From the NCBI GenBank assembly GCA_964492485.1, contig CAZBKM010000006.1, forward strand, positions 18,932 to 82,931: DNA of 64,000 nt, read 5' to 3'. The notes under the pieces are model-generated. The model searched no databases. It was not told the DNA's origin and saw only the letters and a program-made list of their open reading frames with translations. A program made the position numbers and the translations under genes. Shown here piece by piece: positions 57,322 to 64,000 of the stretch (positions are counted from its first letter, which is position 1; each line of letters opens with the position of its first letter). Source of the stretch: an uncultured Hyphomonadaceae bacterium (lineage in GTDB: Bacteria; Pseudomonadota; Alphaproteobacteria; Caulobacterales; Hyphomonadaceae).

Positions 57322-57420
57322 GATTTTCAAGCGAAGTGGGCACCGGTCCGCGTAAATAAAATCATCGAAAACAATAACATAGCGCATCTTCACTGACTCC
57401 GGTTGATGTGAGGATGCGCT
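57322..57420 (-). repeat. Mosaic intergenic repeat: module B hairpin + T-rich linker + module A
   Basis: The minus strand reads AGCGCATCCTCAC-N14-GTGAAGATGCGCT ATGTTATTGTTTTCGATGATTTTATTT ACGCGGACCGGTGCCCACTTCGCTTGAAAATC. It is collinear with 62571-62669. Confidence 0.9.
57355..57420 (-). terminator. Intrinsic-terminator-like hairpin + U-rich tail after the histidine kinase gene
   Basis: 13-bp stem (57381-57393 / 57408-57420) overlapping the stop codon, with a 14-nt loop, followed on the minus strand by TATGTTATTGTTTTCGATGATTTTATTT. Confidence 0.55.
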
Positions 57421-58843
57421 AGGCACGCGGCAGGCGCAAGACCGCGCGCAGGCCCGGCCGCTCCGGCGGGCCGTCGCCATCCAGGAGCAGGAGTTCGCCC
57501 CGGTGTACCTCTGCCACCGCATCCACCAGGGCCAGGCCAAGGCCGGAACCAGGATGGGTCCGCGCGGCATCCATGCGCACGAAGCGTTCCACGGCGCGTT
57601 CGCGATCCGCCTCGGGAATGCCCGGCCCGCTGTCGACGACCGACAGCTCGACCATATTGTCACCACGCCGGGCGCGGACGGCAATGGCACCGCCCTCGGG
57701 CGTATACTTGATGGCGTTGTCGATCAGATTGGACAGCGCCTGGGCGATCAGGTCCCGGTCGCAGAGCACGATCAGGTTCTGTCCGGGACTGGCGGTGAAG
57801 TCGAGGCCGGCCGCCTCCGCTGCGGGCTCGAACAGGTCCGCCAGCTCCGCGACGACCTCGCTCAGATCGATCCGGACCATCCGGCCCTCCGTCCGGGCAT
57901 CAACCCGCGACAGGCGCAAAATGGCGTTGAACGTGGCGAGCACACGGTCCACCTCGTCCAGCGTTTCGCCCAGCGCCGCCTGGGCGCGATTGTCATCCAG
58001 AGGCTGGCTCAGGGCACTTTCCAGACGGTTGCGCAGCCGCGACAGCGGCGAACGCAGGTCATGGGCGATCGCATCGCCGGCATGGCGCGATGCCTTCACC
58101 AGGCGCTCGAGCCGGTCGAGCATGGCGTTCATCCGCTCAGCGAGCCGGTCGAATTCGTCGTTCGCGCCACGCTCCGGCACCCGGCGCGACAGATCTCCGG
58201 CCATCACGGCCTCGGCGGTGCTGGCCAGTTCGTCAGCCCGCCGCGACACTGAACGCGAGACGAAGTAGCCGCCGATGAGCGACAGGACCAGGACGGCGCC
58301 GGCAGCAGTCCAGACCGCCGTGGTAATACGCCGCGTGATTTCGCTGCGCTCGCCGGGATCGTAGGCCACCAGAAGCAGTGCCTCGTCGCCCAGCCTCACA
58401 ATCCGCCCTTCGGCCTGGATGGTGCGGACCGTATCGCCCCGGCGCGTATCGAACTCGAACTCGACTTTCCCGATCCCCGTGCTGGGCATGTGGGAGAATG
58501 CGCCGGCGAGCTTCAGGCCGTTGGGCGTGGAGAGCTGATAGTAGAAATAGGCGTCAGGCGCCGACGCCCGTTCGATCAGCGCCTGGCTGACGCGCTCCAG
58601 CCCGCCGTCGCGATAGGCGCGCTGGATCGAGTCCACCTCGGCATTGACCCGGGCTTCGGTCGTGTAGCGCAGATAGCCGACCGTGGAGACATAGACATAG
58701 GCCAGAACCGCGGCGGCGAAGACCGTGAACACCGCCACATAGAGCAGCGCCAGGCGGAACGTGGTCGTGCGCGCGAAGGGCGGCAGGGGCAACCGTCGGG
58801 GGCGGGGCGGCGCCCCTTGCGAAGCCTTTTGATGGGGCTTCAT
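57419..58843 (-). CDS. Sensor histidine kinase (2 TM, HAMP, HisKA, HATPase_c)
   Basis: H-box AHDLRSPLSRL. N/G boxes NLIDNAIKYTP and DSGPGIP...GSGLGLALV. Confidence 0.9.
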   Translation of the reverse strand: MKPHQKASQGAPPRPRRLPLPPFARTTTFRLALLYVAVFTVFAAAVLAYVYVSTVGYLRYTTEARVNAEVDSIQRAYRDGGLERVSQALIERASAPDAYFYYQLSTPNGLKLAGAFSHMPSTGIGKVEFEFDTRRGDTVRTIQAEGRIVRLGDEALLLVAYDPGERSEITRRITTAVWTAAGAVLVLSLIGGYFVSRSVSRRADELASTAEAVMAGDLSRRVPERGANDEFDRLAERMNAMLDRLERLVKASRHAGDAIAHDLRSPLSRLRNRLESALSQPLDDNRAQAALGETLDEVDRVLATFNAILRLSRVDARTEGRMVRIDLSEVVAELADLFEPAAEAAGLDFTASPGQNLIVLCDRDLIAQALSNLIDNAIKYTPEGGAIAVRARRGDNMVELSVVDSGPGIPEADRERAVERFVRMDAARTHPGSGLGLALVDAVAEVHRGELLLLDGDGPPERPGLRAVLRLPRA

Positions 58844-59514
58844 GCCTGCAGGCGGTAGCCTGCCCCCCGAACGGTGTGCAGCAATGGTTCGTCGAACTCC
58901 TTGTCGATCTTTGCCCGCAGGCGGGAGACATGGACGTCGATGACATTTGTCTGGGGATCGAAATGGTAGTCCCAGACCTTCTCCAGGAGCATGGTCCGGG
59001 TGACCACCTGGCCGGCATGGCGCACCAGATACTCCAGAAGGCGGAACTCGCGGGGCTGAAGGTCGATCCTGCGGCCTGCCCGGGTCACCTTCCGCGCCAG
59101 AAGGTCCATCTCCAGATCGCCGGCCCGCAGCACCGTCACCGGCGGTTCGCCACCGGCCTGGCGTCGACCCAGGGCCTCGACCCTGGCCACCAGTTCGGAC
59201 GGCGCGAAGGGCTTCGACAAATAGTCGTCCCCGCCCGCGCGCAGGCCTTCCACCCGGCTGTCCACATCCGACAGCGCGGTCAGGAACAGGGCCGGCGTTG
59301 TGCCGCCGCCGTCGCGATACTCCTGAACCAGCGTCAGACCGTCCTTGCGCGGCAGCATCCGGTCCACGACGAGCGCGTCGAAGCTCCCGTCGCGGGCCTG
59401 GGCCAGTCCATCCTCGCCATCGGCGGACAGCGCCACCTCATGGCCTGCCTCGCCCAGAACCGTCCGGACGAAATCGGCCGTCTCCCGGTCATCCTCGATC
59501 ACAAGCACGTTCAT
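58840..59514 (-). CDS. OmpR-family response regulator
   Basis: MNVLVIEDD...DALVVDRMLPRKDG receiver domain and winged-helix C-terminus ...TVRGAGYRL. Has a 4-nt overlap with the kinase gene. Confidence 0.93.
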   Translation of the reverse strand: MNVLVIEDDRETADFVRTVLGEAGHEVALSADGEDGLAQARDGSFDALVVDRMLPRKDGLTLVQEYRDGGGTTPALFLTALSDVDSRVEGLRAGGDDYLSKPFAPSELVARVEALGRRQAGGEPPVTVLRAGDLEMDLLARKVTRAGRRIDLQPREFRLLEYLVRHAGQVVTRTMLLEKVWDYHFDPQTNVIDVHVSRLRAKIDKEFDEPLLHTVRGAGYRLQA

Positions 59515-59542
59515 GGCGATCTCCCTTGCGGCGATCCGGGCC

Positions 59543-61081
59543 CTACTCCTCGCTGTCGCGGACGATGTCGACGGTCACGAAATTCGTCACCTGCCCGTTG
59601 CGGACGGCCATCAGCAGCTTGTCGCGGCCCGAGGCACGTGCCGCCTCGATGGCCGTTTCCAGGTCGCTGACCGAGGCGGTAGGCCGGCCGTTTGCCTCAA
59701 GGATGGCGAGGCCTTCCCGGAAGCCGGCCTCGTCCAGCGCGCCGCCCGGCTCGACATCCGTCACCAGCAGGCCGGGCTCGTCGGGATCAAGGCCCATGGC
59801 CTCCCGGGTCTCCGCGTCGAGGGGCGCATAGCGCGCGCCCAGCGGGCCGGTCTCGTCGCCGCCGTCCCGATCAGACGGTCCGCTGCGATTGCCGCTGGAG
59901 GCGAAGGGATCGTCGGGACGCTCGCCCACGGTAACCTCGACGGTCTGACGCTTGCCATCGCGCAGGATGCCGAATTCGTTCTGCGAGCCGGCGATCAGAT
60001 TGCCGACGGCCCGGGTGAGGCCCGTGGCATCGGACACTGACTGACCATTCACCGACAGGATGATGTCACCCCGCTTCAGCCCCGCCTTCTCCGCCGGGCT
60101 GTCATCGGACACATCCGCGACGATGGCGCCCTCGGCCGCGTCGAGCCCCTGGGCCTCGGCCATGTCCTCGGTCAGGTCCTGGATGGTGACCCCCAGCCAG
60201 CCGCGCGACACCCGGCCCTTCTCGATAAGCGTTTCCGTCACGCGCTTCGCCAGCGAGGCGGGGATCGCGAAGCCGATGCCGACCGATCCTCCCGTGGGCG
60301 AGAAGATGGCGGTGTTCACCCCGACCACCTGCCCTTTCAGATCGAAGGTCGGCCCACCGGAATTGCCGCGATTGATCGGCGCGTCGATCTGCAGGAAGTC
60401 GGTGTAGGGATTGCCCGCCCCGAGCTGGCGACCGTCGGCGGACACGATGCCGGCCGTGGCGGTGCCGCCGAGGCCGAACGGGTTGCCCAGCGCGACGACC
60501 CAGTCGCCCCGCCGCAGATTGGCGTCGGCGGAAAATTCCACATAGGGGAAGGCCCCGTCGGCCTGCACCCGCAGGACGGCGAGGTCGGTCTGGGGGTCGG
60601 TGCCCACGAGTTCGGCGTCGAGCTCGCGCCCGTCATCCAGCGCAACCTCGATCTCGGTCGCGCCGTCGATGACGTGGTTGTTGGTGACGATGTACCCGTC
60701 AGGCGAGATGAAGAAGCCGGACCCGAGCGAGCGCGACTCCCGGGTCATGGGCTCGTCCCCCTCTTCGCCCTCCTCGCCGCGGCGACGTTCCATGAAGTCC
60801 TCGAAGCCTGGCATGCCCCGGAACTGGTCCAGGAAGCGGTCCAGATCGCTCAGCCGGGAGACCTCGCGCTCCGCCACCACATTGACGCTGACCACTGCCG
60901 GGCTGACCTCGTCGATCAGATCGGCAAAGCTCATCGGGGCGCCGCGCGGCGCATCGACACTGATGGGCTTCGCGTCGGCCCCGGAGAGCACCGTCGGCCC
61001 GAAGGTGGCAGCGCCCATCAGGGCGGCCCCTGCAAGCGCTGCGGCGAGCACCTGGGCGGAAACACCGATCCGTTTCGTCAT
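59543..61081 (-). CDS. degP: Do/DegP/HtrA-family periplasmic serine endoprotease with two PDZ domains
   Basis: Catalytic TNNHV, D...DLAVL and GNSGGP. Signal peptide present. Two PDZ-like repeats. Confidence 0.93.
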   Translation of the reverse strand: MTKRIGVSAQVLAAALAGAALMGAATFGPTVLSGADAKPISVDAPRGAPMSFADLIDEVSPAVVSVNVVAEREVSRLSDLDRFLDQFRGMPGFEDFMERRRGEEGEEGDEPMTRESRSLGSGFFISPDGYIVTNNHVIDGATEIEVALDDGRELDAELVGTDPQTDLAVLRVQADGAFPYVEFSADANLRRGDWVVALGNPFGLGGTATAGIVSADGRQLGAGNPYTDFLQIDAPINRGNSGGPTFDLKGQVVGVNTAIFSPTGGSVGIGFAIPASLAKRVTETLIEKGRVSRGWLGVTIQDLTEDMAEAQGLDAAEGAIVADVSDDSPAEKAGLKRGDIILSVNGQSVSDATGLTRAVGNLIAGSQNEFGILRDGKRQTVEVTVGERPDDPFASSGNRSGPSDRDGGDETGPLGARYAPLDAETREAMGLDPDEPGLLVTDVEPGGALDEAGFREGLAILEANGRPTASVSDLETAIEAARASGRDKLLMAVRNGQVTNFVTVDIVRDSEE

Positions 61082-61171
61082 CTCGTCCTAAACTCCAATT
61101 CCTGCATGGCCTTACGCACAGATTGAGACCTAACGCGCACATGAGCGAGATGGGCATTAAAGTTCATTTAG

Positions 61172-62413
61172 CTAGGTATCGGTCTGTCGGGAGTCGGACA
61201 TGCGGGTGCGCACGACCACCGTCTCATGCAAGGTCCGGTGGACTGGACAGCGGTCGGCGATCTCCAGAAGCCGGGTGCGCTGATCCTCATCGAGCTGTCC
61301 GTAGACTGCGATCTCCCGCTCGAAGATGTCGACCTTCCGGCCCTCCTCGCATTGGGCACAATCCTCTGCATGGTCCTTCGCATGGGTGAGGCGCACCTCG
61401 ACACGCTCCAGGGGCCAGTCCTTGCGGTCGGCATACATGCGGATCGTCATGGCGGTGCAGGCGCCGAGCCCGGCGCTGACAAGTTCATAGGGGTCCGGGC
61501 CATTGCCGCCCCCGCCGACCGAGCGTGGCTCATCGGCAAGCAGCCGCGTCGGGCCGACGGAAATGCCCGCCTCGAAGCGGCCCCGGCCGGTCTCCGCCAC
61601 CGCAACCTCGCGCGGTGTTCCGTCCTGGCGGGCCACCGGCTCACCCGCATCCGGCCAGAGATAGCGCGACGCCCAGCTCGCCACCGTATCGCCCACATAC
61701 AGCGCGTCGCGCTCGCGGCTGAGAAGATGGTCGGCGCCGTCCAGGCTGATGAAGGATTTCGGATGCTTTGCCGCCAGAAACAGACCGGTGGCGTTGTCGA
61801 TCCCGACGACCTGATCCAGCGGCGCGTGAAACACGGCAAGCGGCCGCTTCAGGCTGGCGGCGGCATCGCGCACCCTCGCCCCCTTCACATCGTCGACGAA
61901 TTGCCGGCGGATCGTGAACGGCCGCCCGGCGAGGGAAACCTCCGCCTCGCCGCGGGTCTCGATCTCGTCGATCCGGTCGCAGAACTGGGCCAGCACATGA
62001 TCGGCATCCGACGGCGCCCCCAGCGTGGCGACCGCCTTCACGTCGGGCAGTTCAGCCGCCGCCACCACGGCTGCCGCCCCGCCGAGCGAATGGCCGAGCA
62101 GCAGTTCGGGACCGCCATGGGTATCGGCCAGCCATCGCCCCGCGGCGACCAGATCCTGCACATTCGTGCTGAAATTGGTGTTGGCGAAATCGCCCTCCGA
62201 CTGGCCGAGCCCCGTAAAGTCGAACCGCATGACGGCGATCCCGTGATCGGTCAGGCGCCGGGCGATCCTCTGGGCCGCGCGCAGGTCCTTCGAGCAGGAG
62301 AAGCAGTGCGCAAACAGCGCCCAGGCGCGTGGCGGAAAGGCCGTCCAGTCCAGCCGGGCAGCCAGGGCCTGGCCGTCGGCACCGGGAAATGTGATGCGGG
62401 TGGGCTTGTCCAT
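61172..62413 (-). CDS. Alpha/beta hydrolase fused to C-terminal OsmC-family domain
   Basis: Nucleophile elbow GHSLGG in the N-terminal half. OsmC-like [24 protein letters not shown] in the C-terminal half. Confidence 0.8.
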   Translation of the reverse strand: MDKPTRITFPGADGQALAARLDWTAFPPRAWALFAHCFSCSKDLRAAQRIARRLTDHGIAVMRFDFTGLGQSEGDFANTNFSTNVQDLVAAGRWLADTHGGPELLLGHSLGGAAAVVAAAELPDVKAVATLGAPSDADHVLAQFCDRIDEIETRGEAEVSLAGRPFTIRRQFVDDVKGARVRDAAASLKRPLAVFHAPLDQVVGIDNATGLFLAAKHPKSFISLDGADHLLSRERDALYVGDTVASWASRYLWPDAGEPVARQDGTPREVAVAETGRGRFEAGISVGPTRLLADEPRSVGGGGNGPDPYELVSAGLGACTAMTIRMYADRKDWPLERVEVRLTHAKDHAEDCAQCEEGRKVDIFEREIAVYGQLDEDQRTRLLEIADRCPVHRTLHETVVVRTRMSDSRQTDT

Positions 62414-62570
62414 GAAGAGAGCTCCTCGTCTGGCAGCGTGTCCCGACAGGATAGGCGCATTGCCGCCGAACCGAAATCACGGCTCTGTGTCCCAGCCGCG
62501 CGCTGAAGCCGCGCAGCCCACATAGCTGGCGCTACTCGCCAGAGCGAATGGGGACCGAAGTCCGATCGGA

Positions 62571-62669
62571 GCCTTTTCAGGCGAAGCAGCACCGGTTCGC
62601 GTCAAAAAAAACTCTCGAAAACAGGAACATAGCGCGTCTTACCTGACGATGATTGACTTGAAGATGCGC
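62571..62669 (-). repeat. Mosaic intergenic repeat: module B hairpin + T-rich linker + module A
   Basis: The minus strand reads GCGCATCTTCAAGTCAATCATCGTCAGGTAAGACGCGC TATGTTCCTGTTTTCGAGAGTTTTTTTT GACGCGAACCGGTGCTGCTTCGCCTGAAAAGGC. Confidence 0.9.
62603..62669 (-). terminator. Hairpin + T8 tract 3' of ccmH
   Basis: 9-bp stem GCGCATCTT/AAGACGCGC with one A-C mismatch on the minus-strand transcript, followed by ...TGTTTTCGAGAGTTTTTTTT. Confidence 0.45.
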
Positions 62670-62706
62670 AAGTGTCCGTTTGCAACCGTGTCCGTTTGCT
62701 GCGAGC
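62665..62706 (+). repeat. Module C tail (two exact GTGTCCGTTTGC 12-mers, 16-nt period)
   Basis: TGCGCAAGTGTCCGTTTGCAACCGTGTCCGTTTGCTGCGAGC. Its first bases are shared with the module B arm. It ends 6 nt before the ccmH stop codon. Confidence 0.85.
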
Positions 62707-62711
62707 TTGCG

Positions 62712-63194
62712 TTAGCCTGCCGGGTCGTCCGCTTCGGGCGGGACCGAGGGGATACGCTCCCCCTGCCTGCGGCTGTGCGCGAATGCGACGCCCAAACCGA
62801 ACCCCACGATCAGGAGGCCGAACGGCGCCATCCAGAGTAGCCAACCGGCCGGATCGTCGGCTTCGGGGCGGAACAGCACGAATTCGCCATAGCGTTGGGC
62901 GAACCAGCCGCGCACCTCCGCATCGCTGGCGCCCCCGGCAACGAGGCTGCGGACCCGCTCGCGCATGGTGACCGCGATCTCGGATGCGGACTGGGAGATC
63001 GGTTCGTTCTCGCAGGCCACACAGCGGATCTCCCGGGTCAGGCGCGCCACGCGGGCTTCTTCCGCCTCCGTCAGGGTGATGCGGTCCGGCGTCTCTTCGT
63101 CCGGCCCGGCCAGGGTCGCCGGCTCTGCCGGTTGGGCCTGCACGGCACCGTTTGCCGACAGGGCGAGCGCCAGAGACGCCAGCACGGCCCTCAT
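62712..63194 (-). CDS. ccmH: Cytochrome c-type biogenesis protein CcmH
   Basis: Signal peptide, REIRCVACENEPISQSASEIA (CxxC), and a C-terminal TM. ATGA overlap with ccmF. Confidence 0.9.
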   Translation of the reverse strand: MRAVLASLALALSANGAVQAQPAEPATLAGPDEETPDRITLTEAEEARVARLTREIRCVACENEPISQSASEIAVTMRERVRSLVAGGASDAEVRGWFAQRYGEFVLFRPEADDPAGWLLWMAPFGLLIVGFGLGVAFAHSRRQGERIPSVPPEADDPAG

Positions 63195-64000
63195 GCCGGC
63201 GCCTCCGCGGGGGGTATCGGGGCGCCCGCAACCGGTCTGCCCTCGCCCGCCTCCGCCGTGCGCCGTCTGCGTCCCGGCCAGACGGCCAGTCCCGCTGCCA
63301 GCGCCATCAGGATCACACCCAGGAAGACCAGGTCGATCATCGGGTTGTAATAGGCACGGAACGTCCAGCGGATCTCGCCGTCCACGACCCGGCGGTCGCC
63401 CAGCGCCGTATACAGGTCACCCAGCCCGGTCTTGTGGATCGCGGTTTCCGTCGTCGGCATCTGGGCAGCCGGATAGAAGCGCTTCTCAGGGCGCAGAACC
63501 GCGCGCGCCTCACCCCTGGTGGCGATGAGGGTCGCGCGATCGGCATACCAGTTCGGCCCCTCAACCGAGCGCACGGTGTCAAGCTCCAGGGTCCAGTCGG
63601 CGACCTGGGCCTGCTCGCCTATGGCGAGATCAAGCGTGGTCTCGTAGCGCGCCGAGGTCTCGACGACGGCGCCGATCACGAACAGGCCCAGCCCGGCATG
63701 GGCCAGCGTCATTGCCCAGGTCCGCAGGCTCTGGCGCCCGATGCGCCGCCAGGTCACGGCACGGCGCTTGAGCTCCCAGGCCGCGCCCCCAACCAGCCAG
63801 ACACCCAGCGCCAGGCCGAACGCGGCCCCGAACGGAATGTCCAGCGGCCCGACCCCGAGCAGCGCGAAGACGCCCACCAGTCCGGCAAAGGCAAGCAGCC
63901 ACCGGCCCAGCCCGGCGGTCGCCGCCCGCCCCCAGCTCCAGGCCTGCACCAGGGGCAGCGCCACGAGGATCAGCGCCATGATCGGGGTGAAGGTCAGATT
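63191..64000 (-). CDS. ccmF: Cytochrome c-type biogenesis heme lyase CcmF, C-terminal part (N-terminus beyond window end)
   Basis: The frame is open to base 64000. C-terminal signature LRPEKRFYPAAQMPTTETAIHKTGLGDLYTALGD. Confidence 0.85.
   Translation of the reverse strand, partial: NLTFTPIMALILVALPLVQAWSWGRAATAGLGRWLLAFAGLVGVFALLGVGPLDIPFGAAFGLALGVWLVGGAAWELKRRAVTWRRIGRQSLRTWAMTLAHAGLGLFVIGAVVETSARYETTLDLAIGEQAQVADWTLELDTVRSVEGPNWYADRATLIATRGEARAVLRPEKRFYPAAQMPTTETAIHKTGLGDLYTALGDRRVVDGEIRWTFRAYYNPMIDLVFLGVILMALAAGLAVWPGRRRRTAEAGEGRPVAGAPIPPAEAPA

Overview
High-GC chromosomal segment: spot counts of 60-nt lines give about 70% G+C in backbone genes. Gene content and synteny look alphaproteobacterial: maeB<>mutS, nagZ-scpA-scpB, tatABC, UPF0262-hisD-DUF2948-murA, and ccmF-ccmH ... 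degP-RR-HK-glnE. I call about 60 protein genes and one tRNA-Thr(GGU). I saw no rRNA, CRISPR, transposase, integrase, phage structural genes or recognisable defence genes. Most of the window is housekeeping, read on both strands. Many of the long ORFs in the track are antisense shadows of real genes, as expected at this GC content. Accessory-looking parts: (1) An ectoine locus, with MarR-type ectR divergent from ectA-ectB-ectC-ask. It continues without a break into an MFS and a sodium:solute symporter gene (GTGA and ATGA overlaps), and there is no ectD. (2) A visibly AT-richer patch at about 25.5-29.9 kb, roughly 50-55% G+C in spot counts. It carries a TonB-dependent receptor and a secreted metallophosphoesterase. 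It sits next to a BNR/sialidase-like exported protein and tRNA-Thr, and is bracketed by inverted, diverged copies of an intergenic repeat. (3) An ECF sigma / anti-sigma / CnrX-like periplasmic sensor triad beside a periplasmic 4x EF-hand protein. The least explained signal is a family of mosaic intergenic repeats at nine or more loci, built from three modules. Module A is a 44-nt hairpin, usually in tandem pairs. Module B is a GCGCATCTTCAAGTCAA arm or hairpin. Module C is a ~94-nt unit with a hairpin and a TCCGTTYGC direct repeat. Stem changes between copies are compensatory. I did not find convincing evidence for a wholly new multi-gene system. The candidates above are flagged with explicit tests.
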